In this document: piece after piece, positions 12,207 through 25,829 of the stretch | Layout of the letters: the number at the start of each line of letters is the position of its first letter | How positions within the stretch are numbered: position 1 is the stretch's first letter | Source of the DNA: Macrostomum lignano | Taxonomy: Eukaryota | Assembly: GCA_002269645.1 (NCBI GenBank) | Contig: NIVC01000359.1 | Span: forward strand, 62,001-126,000 | DNA length: 64,000 nt | Direction of reading: 5' to 3' | The notes under the pieces: generated by a model | Databases searched by the model: none | What the model saw: only the letters and a program-made list of their open reading frames with translations | What the model was told of the DNA's origin: nothing | Made by a program: the position numbers and the translations under genes

Positions 12207-12707
12207 CACAACCATAGCTATACTCTCCTTGAGTCTAAGGCTGAGGAACTAACTAAGCAACAAGAGGCAGAGCCTACCCTTTTAGTTTCGTGACAAATTT
12301 GTTTGAATTAGCCTAGCAAGATTTTTATGAACACCATTTGAAAAGACTATAGAATTTGATAAATTCTAATTAGAATTTAGAATTTAGAATTTGAGAATTG
12401 CACCTCTGTATCAGTGGTTCATATATTTAAACTCTATCTTTATATAATAACTAGATAGATATTCCATTGCACAAAAATTTATATTTTAGCCAGAGCAACT
12501 AAGTAATTAAAGCCAAAGGACTACTAGTACTATTAAAATTTATAACAAGAATAAAATTTTGACATATATGCATAATATGTCGCAATAATAATATCAATAT
12601 GTACCCAATAGTAACAATACAGGAATCTTATTACTAATTAATGATGCCGCAACAGTAGGTTGGTATGGTTCATTGGTTTGATCAATACTGTTAGGTCTAT
12701 CTGTAAC

Positions 12708-13130
12708 TATAGTATTTGTCATGCTATCCCAGCCCAGAGACATCCAAACTCAGCCAGCCCATCTCGACAGTGCGATTTTTTACGTAAGCCAGTCAAGTTT
12801 TACCATAGACATGCCTCTTAAGGCCATGCCATCTCAGCCTGGGACATGCAATCTCAGCGTTGTTGCGTACCCTTACTGACTTTTCTTGCTGCGTTCATTC
12901 ATTGCTGTTTGTTGCCATTTCATGTCACGTTACAGAAATGATAGCATTGAGATCTGTTTGCAATTGAAATCTATATTGGCTGAGATTGCATGTCCCGGGC
13001 TGAGATGGCATGGCCTTGGGAGGCATGTCTATGGTAAAAGTCGACTAGCTCGAGCCAAAAAAACGCATTGCGGAATGGGACTGGCTGAGTTTGGATGTCT
13101 CTAGGCTGAGATAGCATGACAAATACTATA
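12708..13130. mobile_element. Long-TIR MITE/foldback element: ~150-bp inverted arms around a ~120-bp spacer
   Basis: 12708-12858 is the imperfect reverse complement of 12979-13130 (e.g. ttttaccatagacatgcctc, ggccatgccatctcagcc, gggacatgcaatctcagc). Confidence 0.85.
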
Positions 13131-15128
13131 CTACAGTCACAGACGATAGGGGAATAGACAAAATTTAACAAAAATTTAGTTGCAGTTCTTAGAAAATATA
13201 ATAATTTATCCCAATCAGCAGCTATCTTGTTTAGAGATACAAGAAATTAAGTAGATCAATTTCTTAGGTTAAAAAATGTTAAACGAAACTTTTTTTAGCA
13301 ATATTCAACAATATAAGTAGATATCGAACAAGGTTTTGTTAATATATTTATGCTATTAATATGCTCACGGCACTAATTCATATCCATTACTTCTTAAGCT
13401 AAAATCATTTTGGTTTCAATTATTCTGTGTTTCTGCATCTCATATCAGCTGACTTAAATATTCTTAATACATTTTAACATCTGTTTTTTGAATAACTACG
13501 ACTTTGTTATGTGTCGCGGGCACTCGGGGCATAAATGAATTAATGTACGGATGCATACACGTATACGTGCCGGTGCACGGCCGGCAGAACGGGCCCATGA
13601 GGCACGCCCTGTGACGCTGATTGTTTTTTATAAACCAACTGCCATCGTATTTTGTTGATGTTGTCACGAAAGTCATTTGAAACCATAAAAATTTGTAGAT
13701 CTGTAGCGTCTATAATTGCTATAATGAACGCCTAGCTCAGTTTTTACATGAAATGCGTCAATGAGGACTCGAAGTCTTGAGATTGCTTTAGAAAGGCTGC
13801 AGGCTCCTGGTCAAGAATTACTCGTTCGAATCTTAGAAATTTTTAGGTTAGACTAGCAATCAGCACTTACCCCTGTTGCAAAGCCAATAAAATAGTTTTT
13901 GAATTATCTACTTGTAGCGTCTCTTTGCAATAACCCCAGCAATTCCTTGTAAGCCTTGACATCTCAGCAACCCCCCCCCACAAGTCTTAACATATCAACT
14001 CCCCCTGACATCTCAGCGATATGCCCCCGGCCTTTAAGCCTTATTGAAATCTAAAAAATCCCCGTCAACCTTGAACCCCCTAAACCATAACCCTACCGGA
14101 ACCCTAACCCTAGCTAAAGGCTCTAAAAGGCTGCTAGGCTGCCTTCGCTCTGGTCTCTGGACCGCTAGCTGTATAGGCCCAGCCCAGGGACCACGCGGAG
14201 GCTACCACCACCGCCGGCCATGAGCAGCCACATCGTTATAATTCCCACTCCTAGCTGCAACAAGGCAGGGTCCACGGAGATAGAATTCTGCTATACCAAG
14301 CAGAAGACTTTTTACAATAATTTTCAGCACACGGGATCTTTCGTGGCGGTGACTATAGCATGCTAGACTACTATAAGAGTAATATGAGGGACGTGAACTC
14401 TATGATCGATCCCGATACTCAGTGTGAGAATTTTTCTACATGTGTTGCGATGCTTCCTACCTTCCAATGCTAACAGATCTCTTCTGCTCAAACTCTCACA
14501 CTCGATCATGACGCCTGTTCACATCTTCCACAGCTTACCCCCATGCTTCACTGCTTGAGGGAGTGGCTTAGCAGGCCATTAGGATTGAAATGAGAAATAA
14601 GAAAAAAGTAAAGGATTTTATGCTTCAGTCAAATAAGCCGCTTTGTAATAACAAGCTTATTCCTGCCTTTAATAAGTTTGCTATTGAATATATGAGCAAT
14701 ACATAACATCATGCGGGTATTTGCAGACTCGAGTCTCTTGCTAAATATATGGAAGTAATCAAACTGTGAAACTACTTCAAAATGAGCAAAGCAAATAACT
14801 ACAGATATGAGTACAGACTCACTAGAGAGGCGGCGGCACAGAGAGAGGAGCCAGCAGCTGATGAACTGCTGCTGTTGTTGTTGCTGTTGTTTTTGCTGTT
14901 GTTGACTGCGGCGTTGGCTCAAACCATTCGACCCAAGCATCGATCCCCCCTCACTAACAGAGACAGCGCGGTGAGCCGAAGCCCGAGGACCAGACTGAGC
15001 CACACACACCGCCCTGTAACAGGGACGAGTGCCCGATTCCCGGAGCGCAAAAGGGAATTTGCCTCCCCCGCAACAAAGACGCGTTGCCGGGATTGGTTAC
15101 CCAACAGTACTCATAAACTTTGTCCTAA

Positions 15129-15949
15129 GACTGACTATCAGGACTTACTTAGGACTCAGTAACAAGTGTGTTCTATAAACACTTATGACTGACTATCAGG
15201 ACTTACTTAGGACTCAGTAACAAGTGTGTTCTGTAAACACTTATGACTGACTATCAGGACTTACTTAGGACTCAGTAACAAGTGTGTTCTATAAACACTT
15301 ATGACTGACTATCAGGACTTACTTAGGACTCAGTAACAAGTGTGTTCTATAAACACTTATGACTGACTATCAGGACTTACTTAGGACTCAGTAACAAGTG
15401 TGTTCTATAAACACTTATGACTGACTATCAGGACTTACTTAGGACTCAGTAACAAGTGTGTTCTATAAACACTTATGACTGACTATCAGGACTTACTTAG
15501 GACTCAGTAACAAGTGTGTTCTATAAACACTTATGACTGACTATCAGGACTTACTTAGGACTCAGTAACAAGTGTGTTCTATAAACACTTATGACTGACT
15601 ATCAGGACTTACTTAGGACTCAGTAACAAGTGTGTTCTGTAAACACTTATGACTGACTATCAGGACTTACTTAGGACTCAGTAACAAGTGTGTTCTGTAA
15701 ACACTTATGACTGACTATCAGGACTTACTTAGGACTCAGTAACAAGTGTGTTCTGTAAACACTTATGACTGACTATCAGGACTTACTTAGGACTCAGTAA
15801 CAAGTGTGTTCTGTAAACACTTATGACTGACTATCAGGACTTACTTAGGACTCAGTAACAAGTGTGTTCTATAAACACTTATGACTGACTATCAGGACTT
15901 ACTTAGGACTCAGTAACAAGTGTGTTCTATAAACACTTATGACTGACTA
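15129..15949. repeat. 58-bp minisatellite, ~14 copies
   Basis: Unit gactgactatcaggacttacttaggactcagtaacaagtgtgttct(a/g)taaacacttat; no unique spacers. Confidence 0.95.
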
Positions 15950-17600
15950 GCTTCTAACTTCGATCCTAGCTAGCTACTCGTATAAGATCGAGCTTATATG
16001 CCGGTAAGAGTTAATCGCCATAGACGATTTACATTACAAAAAACTCTATCCAGAAGCCTTCAAGTGTCGAGATAATGTGTCCATTTGGTCATCTATGGTA
16101 GCCAGTGGCTAATAGCAATACCAGAGAAAAGAATAAAAATGTCAGTTTTTTATTATTCATGACATAATGCCTCTTTGTTGTTGCTGTTTTTGTTGTTGTT
16201 GAGGCTTTACAAGAGCCATAGTGAGCACCGCGCCAGCGCTACTACTGAGAAGTGCTTTCAGCATACTGTACTGTACCTCTGTTGATGCATACACATGCAA
16301 TGTAGCTGCTTGGCACTCGACTCGGCCCCTGACTGATATCAGCAGCAACAGTAAGTCTACATCTTGCATAAGAATTACATTTAGCAATAATTACGAAGCG
16401 GTTGACATGCCGAAATGTATGAGGGGTAAGAGGGGCCTTTGACGCACCGCCAACGGAACGAAAGCTTTTTGCTTCGTTTACCACTTAGCTTGATTTGGAT
16501 TAAAAGCGAATATATTCCATCAATTGGTCACGTTGCAGACCTCGAATGGCCGGTTTGGTGTTGTTGAATAATACAGAGTCTAGCGTGCACACAGCTGGCT
16601 TCATATGCAGGCCTGCGTGCATGGTTTCCTGTAAACAGCCAGCGCATGCACGCAGAGCTACCATGGCATCTGCGATTGCATTGCCGGTGCAATAACTGCA
16701 CTTCCTCTGGCTTCGTAGGAATTCTTAGAACGAAGCGAACTGCGTGTATCCATTAGGCTGCGGCGTGCGCAATGGTTGTAGATGAAGTTAATCTGAAGTA
16801 CCAAAATCAGCGCCGATAAGCAAGTGCAGGACTGAATCCTAAAAGAAGAAGATCCTGCCGCAGACAGCGCGTCTTGAAGTCATACACTCCGGAATTTATT
16901 TCTTCATGCCGTATGCTTTCAGTTTTCACGAAGTGGGCAATAAATCCTTGGAATCGGATATATTATTCCGTATCGAACTGATTTATAGTTCCAACCGGGG
17001 CTGCCGCATGATGCAAATAATTTATAATGTCGAATTTTTATAAGCAAAAATTTAACAGTAATTTCGGTTGAAATTTGAAACTCTTTTTGCGATGTTTGTA
17101 GTATTATTGGTTTTTTTAAGTACTGCCCCGTCTGCAGGTAGAAATTTCAAAATCGTCATCGAAGACTAAGGACCTATTCAGTATGAATCCCAATTTCCTT
17201 ATTTCTCTGAAACTTAGAATGTGATCTATGCGCCTCAGAGATTCTGCATAGACATTCTAACCGTTTCAGGGGAATAATATAGCTCGTTCGCATTACGGTT
17301 TTGGCATGCTTAAGTTAGGAACGGGCATCAAAATTTGAAAACCCATGTGGCTATAGGCTAAAGCTGGGTTTGGGCCAGAGAAAACACGTCATGCAATAAT
17401 CTCTGATTGAGAAACGGCTGATTGAGAAACCAGCAAGCAGGCATAGTCATAAATTTGCGCGTTGTCTATGGCCCAGCCTGTCTTTGTTTTATAGGGCTTC
17501 AACTTTGGATGCTTGTTATCTAACTTAGCATGCCAAAAGCAAGTTTTACTCGTAGTTGGAGTTACAAGCGGGGAGCTGTGTGCACATTGGCGCACTTTAA

Positions 17601-17987
17601 GCGACTTTTCATGCGGCCTCTCGGGCTGACGAGAACGTCGGGACCGGGGCCCTGTACGATCGGGCCAAGCTGCAGCACCCGTCCAACATCCTGCGCCGGC
17701 GGCGACTTCAACTAGTGGGCCACGTGATCCGGGCCGAGGGCTACTGCCCCCAACCTGTTCAGGACGTCCTGCTGCTCACCTTGCAGGATCCGCTCAGGCG
17801 GGGTCAGGCCCGAACCCGTCGATACGTGGACTGCCTGCTGTGCGACGCTGGGGCGCCCGACACTGCCAACGGGGTGGACTTCGTCCGCTCTCAGACTCTG
17901 CGGCGCTATCTGACGCACCCTGCTCTAACTGTGACTTTGAATGCGGGGCTGCGTGATTTGTTGTTGTTGTTGTTATTGCTCTTGTTG
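17601..17987 (+). mobile_element. 5'-truncated RTE-like non-LTR retrotransposon (C-terminal end of ORF plus (TTG)n tail)
   Basis: Open frame ...ALYDRAKLQHPSNILRRRRLQLVGHVIRAEGYCPQPVQDVLLL...RRGQARTRRYVDCLLCDAG resembles the post-RT RRRLxxxGHxxR...RRGR..Y.D signature of RTE-clade elements; microsatellite tail at 17958-17987. Confidence 0.75.
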
Positions 17988-18302
17988 TCACACAACTGGT
18001 GAGATGCATTACTGCTCATTCAGTCGACTCCCCTGAGCAGGCACACAAGCGTGCGGATACATACGCAGTAATGCGCACAGGCGCACACTCACACAGGAGT
18101 GTACAGCGGCCCTAACTTTATTTATCGCTAGGCATGTACACTTCTTTAGGCCTTGGGGGTTGGCCCTCAAGGCCGTTAATTGCACGAGCAGAGCCAAGCC
18201 GAGATTACAATGTAGCCCCCAAAATTAATGCGACTGCACTTGGAATCGAGCCTGGGCCGCTGGCACACCAGAGCCTGCGCTAGACCGCTGGGCTACGGTC
18301 AC
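17958..18302 (-). mobile_element. tRNA-derived SINE (~345 bp)
   Basis: A-box TAGCCCAGCGG (18295-18285) and B-box-like GGCTCGATTCC (18252-18242) at tRNA-like spacing; core aaagttagggccgctgtacactcctgt shared with the copy at 23369; (CAA)n 3' tail. Confidence 0.65.
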
Positions 18303-18934
18303 GTAGTATGGCTACAGAAACTATACTTTCTATCTGGCGCAAAGCAATTTCACAAATTTATTAATTACAGTTTTTTGTCCAATTATCTAAACGTAAAAAT
18401 TATAATTGCTTTGTGAGACAACCCGTGTCATCAATTCTAAATACTTTTGTGCCACCCAAAATCAATTATCACAAAATTTAATTAGCTGCTTCACCTAACA
18501 ACAAGAATTGCATAATCAGATAAAGGGCACGTATTATTTACATTTCGCTGCATGGACAAACAGGGCAGAAAAGTAACGAATACTGAACCAAATGTTTAGT
18601 TAGATTAGCATTTCCACGACCCTTCTGCTATGCCTAAGAAGCGAATCAACTTCGATACTAATTTTAGAAAGTTCGTCGTCTCGCTGAACTTGTCAGCTTC
18701 GATTTCGCAGTTCATCATCAGACTTTGGCGCATCTTATCTTCTGAAAACAGCACAGCGTATCCTTCATCAGCCCAGTTTCACCGCTTCCGCACTGCAACT
18801 CTCTGCATCCCAGTAAGGCGATGGGCTCTAGGAGACCTGTACTCTTATGCGCTCGTGCAGATCAATAATCACTCTCGCCTGTTTGATCCTGCCCCTCATT
18901 TATTTACAGCCTTATTCTCACACTCAATTCACTC

Positions 18935-19342
<408 letters not shown>

Positions 19343-20293
19343 GTTCTTCCCGCCCCCTTCTACTCACGCATGCACTGAGCAAGCAGTGGCTGAAGCGCTG
19401 CCTCTGTCCTGTGGAAGTGTCAGAGCTGAGCTGGTGGAAACAGGCACATGTTTGCCCAGGTGTCAGCTAGGGGTGCTGAGCTCTAGCTAACTAAACTAAG
19501 AGGTAAACTTCAGGCTGGCGACATGACAAAGTGTGCAAACAAAATCCTATTGTGCTTTCTCGCGGTTCTATTTTCGTCTTGATATTTCTGATGTGAGTTT
19601 TAGAATTGCTTATTAAAATAACTTTATGAATAAAATGAAGTAAATTATTGATTTGATATAATGCGTTCTGTCCGAAGTTCACAAGTCGGATAAAATATCA
19701 AATGTTCAATACATATCGCCTAAAACAGCTAAAAGTCACCTTTTATTAACAAATAAAAAACCATGCAAAACTTTCTAAGCCGAAGTTCACTAAACAAAGA
19801 ATTGCACACAGAATTTACTTTCGAATGTGGGGAAGAAATCGAAAAATGTCAGTTGGACAGCCAGAATAGAAGAATAGCGGTTGTAGACCTTTTCGCATTG
19901 TTTTTTTTACGACAGCCAGAAGGGTAAAATTTTGCTGCACGCACTTGATGTCTGCTGCGGGAGGCCTGAGGCGGCACTTGAATTTCGAAGAGGCGGCTGC
20001 TGACGTATCGAAGATCCGATAAAGTCGGCTCCGGCGCCATGCCATTTTGTTTGTCCACGAACGAAATCTTAGGCAGGCGCAGGCTGGCTTGGCCTAGCAG
20101 CATCGCAGCTGACTGCGCATGGCGTGGATTAAGTTTTACTGAAGTGTGCCAAACTGCGATAGCCTGCCCGCCTGCCTGCACACGAAACTGACAGATGCGG
20201 ACACGTCGGCTGGCATATGGAACTGATTAGGAATTGTAGAAATTTATCAACTGGGCTGGAAAGGACAGGGATAAAACATATTTTGGAGAACGC

Positions 20294-20750
20294 ACTGACT
20301 GACTGACTGACTGACTGACTGACTGACTGACTGACTGACTGACTGACTGACTGACTGACTGACTGACTGACTGACTGACTGACTGACTGACTGACTGACT
20401 GACTGACTCACTGACTCACTGACTCACTGACTCACTGACTGACTGACTGACTGACTGTGACTGACTGACTGTGACTGACTGACTGACTGACTGACTGACT
20501 GACTGACTGACTGACTGTGACTGACTGACTGACTGACTGACTGACTGACTGACTGACTGTGACTGACTGACTGACTGACTGACTGTGACTGACTGACTGA
20601 CTGACTGACTGACTGACTGACTGACTGACTGACTGACTGACTGACTGACTGACTGACTGACTGACTGACTGACTGACTGACTGACTGACTGACTGACTGA
20701 CTGACTGACTGACTGACTAACTGACTGACTGACTGACTGACTGACTGACT
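20294..20750. repeat. (GACT)n microsatellite
   Basis: Direct. Confidence 0.98.
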
Positions 20751-23287
20751 TATTGATTGCAGTGTAGCACAGACTAAACTGGATCGTTCATCGAGAGGCA
20801 GAGAGCAAGAGTATCTGGAAAGCAAGTAAAAGGAGGACAGGAGAGAGGGAGCCGAGGTAGGTAGAAGGCGAGCAGCCCCGCTGAGCCCAGGTCACAGCCA
20901 GAATAGAAGTACAAACCGACCGCTATCGAACGTCCAGTCGTCCAGGTGCCACATCGGTGAACTCTTCGTCAAGGTAGGGTAGACGCGCAGCGGGTGGGGA
21001 AGCGGAGTTGGAGGCGGCGGTGGAGGACCCACGTGGAAGTTTTCGCCGGGAATGGGATGTGTGCGCCGCGGCTAAGTCCGTAAATAATATATGGCTTTTG
21101 TTCCCCAAGGAGAATTCCCCATTTAGCCCCAAAGTGGTAGCTGGTGCCCGTTTTTCCTGCCCTCTTCTGACGGTGGACAAAAAATCTCGCATTCTTGCCA
21201 CGCCTATCCCGATGCGCGCTGCATTTTGTGAGCTATTTTATGGGTAAAGGGGACTCTGAGCTATGCCAATGCAGGTGTGGACTGCTTCCAGTAGATTCAA
21301 TTTTGCTATTAAAATCTTATCATTTTGCTCTGCTCCCACCTTCGGGTTGTTTTCATTTAGGTGGATCAATGTGGCAATTTTTAATAACTATATTCATTAG
21401 CAACGCTTTGATGAAGACAAAAAGGCAACAGACACTAATTACAAGGCTAAGCTTAGCCTTAGCTTATTTTTTATTTCAATGGCTCCTCATTCGGCTGCAG
21501 CAGAAAGTAGAAGAGTGTGGGTCTGGCAAAAAGTGCTATAGTTAGGACTTTCACCCTGTGCGACCCTACAGCAGCATCTCCTGCTCACTCGGCTCTTTTC
21601 TCTCCATCCACAGCGCGCCTGTGGCTTTCAGTTTCAGAATCTGACGCTGATGTTAATAATTCACGGGAGCTGCTGCAGCAGTGTGCCGGCCACTGGACCA
21701 GATCACGAGACTAAGTCTGGATAAAACAGAGGGATTGACTGTGGTTTAGTGAGGCTGTGTGGCCGGCCATCTGCTTTCGCTTGCGAACTGGGTTCAGAAG
21801 GGGAGACTGGCATATTTCTGGCGGAAATGATTAAGTGCCGCAGAAACGGCCCTCGCGCCCAACCACAACTTTCTATTCGATCATCGGTCGCCCTCCCCCT
21901 CAACCCCTGGCTTCGGCGATGCGAGCAGAATATTTTCAAAGATCCGGTGCACTTTAAAGAGGCCCTTTAGCGAACACTACGCACATGCGTTTCAAGCATT
22001 TGAAAAAAAAAATTAAGCTGGAATGCATCAAGCAGAGCGTAGTCTAGATCGATTTTCATTGCAAAATGACTGCCGGGGTTGCTATGTCTGAGTATTTTAA
22101 ACTGATACGAGACGAAAAAAAATTGAAAATTCAGTTCGTTTTTCGGCTCGTGAACTTTTTTTCTAATGGAACAAAGCAATCAGTCCAGTGCCAATTAATT
22201 CCAGCGAGCAAGCTGACCATCCTGTACATTCTTAAATAGCAGCTTTCAGAACACGAAAGCCACTCTCAGGCATTTCGCAGGCATTGATGATGCTCTGGAA
22301 AGTTATTTTTAGGCCAAAATTAAAAGCAAGCACCGTCTATTGCTTAGTGATGAATATTGCTGTGGCTAGTGCAAATCCTATCCAAATTCAGAATTCATGA
22401 TATTTAACAGGCCCCACGTCACATACTAATTTGGACTGAAATTCAAAACTACCTGCTGTGCAGTGTGGGGGGTTTCTAATGCAAAATTAACCTTGTATGA
22501 TAGCCTGAGAGCTGTGTGCCTTGGTAATATCTGGGATAAATTCAATAAATTCAGCAAAGGGTTAATTGATCTGATTAAATTGGTTGCTAGACGGGAACTG
22601 GGTTGAGTTGGAGTGAGTCGAATACACTGGGGACAGCTTATATAACTGATTCTGTTGATTTGCCAGTCAGAAGCATTGGCCAAGTGGAAAAAAAGCTTGC
22701 TTCTAATTGAATCCTCTATACGGTATAGTTACTGTGCACTGCGCAAGCCCGCGGTGAGCTGGCGGGATATAAACTCCTGACCTAAATACTCCACATGCGG
22801 CCTCAAAAGTTTTCTCTCCCCATATGAGCGCGCAGTATTCTCTCTGTATTCCCCAATTCCCCAGAGGGAGGGGAAGAGAGCTCTCAAATTAACTCCCTGC
22901 CAATACGAAGGCAAACGAGCGCAGTACGTCACGGATATTGCTACATTGTTGTTTCTGCTTTTCTACCATGCATTTTGAGAAACTCCGTTCCCTGTGAGCA
23001 GGAGAGAGCAGCAATAGCCCTGTAGCGCACTGTACTGTACCGATATCGATTAAGTATGGCACGAATTCCGTCGCAAAGAAGACTTTGGTTTTTGCTGGCA
23101 AGGCAAATTTATAATAGGATCGGAAGCGCTTTGAGGCCCAATTGGTTTGGGGAATACAAATCGCGCACAAAGGTGACGAATTCGCTGGAGTGTGATTTCA
23201 CGCGCTTTGACTGGTCAAAAACAAGGGGTATTTGTTTTAAAAATCTGACTTCCCTAAATTTCGGGACATTGTTTGATGCGCATGAGA

Positions 23288-23420
23288 GGCTGAGGGCAGA
23301 GGGCTAACATCGACTGTCGCGCTATATAGTACCTGGGCTCGATTCCCTGCGTGGCCGGGGTTCCTGAGAAAGTCAGGGCCGCTGTACATCCTGTATCTGT
23401 GTACGTTTGTGTGTTCAGGC
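23288..23420 (+). mobile_element. Second, internally deleted and diverged copy of the tRNA-derived SINE
   Basis: B-box-like GGCTCGATTCC at 23336-23346 and core aaagtcagggccgctgtacatcctgt at 23369-23394 match the copy at 18093-18119 in the opposite orientation; A-box degenerate. Confidence 0.55.
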
Positions 23421-25829
23421 GTCAATAAATTGGCATGACTGCTCGAAGATCGGCTGTCGATCTGATAAAAAAATGTTCGCAGGATGGCTGTGGTCACACT
23501 GGCGCTCGGCCTTCGGTGACATCATCCCACCACGAGGCTATTCTGCCCTGTCCGCTGACTCCTGTCAATACTGTATGCAGGCACGCTCTCACAGGATGCA
23601 CAGCGGCTCTGACTTTCTAGTCGTCAGGCATGTACACTCTCTGCCTCTGACTATCATGGGTGCATGAATTGCACGACAACTCCTCGACCAATTTTCTAGC
23701 ACAATTAAAAGTTAAATTAACGGAATCAAATCAGAGGTCATGGCGCAAAAGTCACAGGAGGCGCTGCTAACCGCTTGAACTGCTGTGCTCCCCGCAATCT
23801 AACAACAACCAGCTGCATAATGTGTGATTCGAATTTCTTCATAGCATTGAAATTCTTGGCATAAACAGAAAATCACATTTTAGTAAATGCGAATTGGTCT
23901 TTTCCCATCAGTAAAGAATGGGCATCAAGTTTCCGCATCATTTCAGAAGCGCAGTATACCGGGTAAACGCACTCAACATGCATATTAGCCCACGCAATTT
24001 CCTCAGCTACCTAAAATAGGAAACCTGGAACTCCTGCAGCCTTAGAAATATCGCATTATTGATTGGCATCGGCACACAACCTGGTTTTGAATGAGATATT
24101 GTCCCTCGTACTGGAACCCTTTAGAACTCTGCAAAATTTGTATGCTGAGTAAATAAGCTCGCCGAAGAGAGCACGGGATACGGACAGCGTTTCGGGCATA
24201 TTCCATAGAGCAACCATGAAAGCTAGGGAACAGAGAATAGATGAGGCAGAGCCCTCGTGTGAGATGGGGGAGGGTGGGGCAAAAAGCCATTCACAGATCA
24301 GTCGGCTAAACTCCCCGTCTCCCCCGCATCCCGCGGCCTGCCCCAGTCCGTACGATTCCTGTCGCAACTTTTCTAAAGTGTCAGTCGCTATGCCATTTTG
24401 CCTTTTGTCTATCCTCGTGTGGTCTCTCTGTGTCTCTTTATTCAAATGCTTGCTTGCATTTGTGACCGGGGCAATGCGTCACAGAGTGTGCAGGGAACAC
24501 AGACTAGTCAGTAGTGGGAAGAGATATAGTGGGAGAGGGAGCTACAGGGCAAAACTATACAGGAGCATTAAATCTAACGGATGGAAAGTGCGCCAACCAG
24601 ATGCAGCAGTACCCATCTGTGCGCCCCTAATCCTCTCTTCGCTCTCTTTCCTGAGAGACAGCCGCGCAGAATGACTCGACGGCTGTACATGTATATACTC
24701 GTAGCGTATGGGGAGCCGAGTCAGTCGAGTCATAGGGTTGTGCTGCTTCCCTTCACCGTGAATTCACTCTGCACTCTCTAGATAGACATTTCTTTGCGGC
24801 AGTGAACAACGGGATGCAACGATCAGTTTGCCTCTCCTAGGGTTGGGGAGGCGGGGCTAACGGGGAAGGCAAGTTTGCATTTGCAGAAAATGGCAAACTG
24901 ATTCGCCTGTGCGTGTGCGAGTGTGATTTATCAGCAGAAATTTCCTCCGTCAGACACTCTCCCCTTTTCCAGGCGTCCTTCTACTACTGTTTCTAGCGGT
25001 TTGCACTCCCCGGACTTCCCCCTTCTGATATATCCCTTTCGTTCTTTTGGTTACCCTTTTCCTATCGTAGTACTGGTATCCACTCTTAAGTTAAGAGTTT
25101 ACCAATAACCACCATTTCTAAAAGACCAAAGACGGCCTGGCCTCTCTCTCTCGTCTGCCCAACTCCAGCCGAATTCGCACTGCTTGACTGCCTTCCAAAC
25201 CCGCAGCTAGTACTAACAAAAGTCTGAATGCGTGTGCGGTGCGCGAGTGCTGCCGGACATTCTTATTGGCTTGAACATCAGTTGGCTTTGCCACTGAATG
25301 TCTCTCTCTTCTCTCTCGTCTCTGGCCTCTCATTACCCTCCATTCCCTCTGCCCTTTCTCTCCGCCGCTCTCTCCCCTCTCCAAGCCCCACCCCGTAGCC
25401 GCCAACCTACCCAACCGCCTCAGAAGCAATTTAAAATTGCCCCCAAAGCGCGTCAGAGTGCGCGCACTTCGACTCCCCACCCGCCCTATTCCGATACTTC
25501 TACACATTCTGAGCCCCGTACTCTCCCGGATACTCTTTCCCCTTCGCTTCTCCATGCAAGCGAAACAGAGAAGAACCAGCTAAAGGAAAGCGAGCAGGAG
25601 ATAGGCGCACGTAGCGAAAGACGAGAAGTCAAGTGGCTCAGTTGGAACTGAATTTTCGCCCGGGAGCGATCAGATTATCTCGAATTGCAACTAAGGACAA
25701 AAGCACCTGTGGCGCAGGCCTTTGTTTAGCCGAATCACGCGTGCATCGCTCAATTGCCAAAGAAAGGCGCAAAGGGACATCAGGCTGTCCCAGTTTTCCA
25801 CCGTCCAGCAGACAATTTTGGGCTGAAGC

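Noticed and set aside
14782-15162. Plus-strand ORF with a poly-Leu stretch resembling a signal peptide
   Set aside because: The stretch derives from a (CTG/TTG) microsatellite, is not N-terminal and runs into the 58-bp array.
15129-15949. CRISPR-like appearance of the 58-bp array with an internal hairpin
   Set aside because: Units are contiguous and near-identical with no unique spacers. There are no cas genes and the context is eukaryotic.
20923-21201. Minus-strand 92-aa ORF and a possible 28-nt plus-strand micro-exon (CHIGELFVK)
   Set aside because: No recognisable homology and no partner exons.
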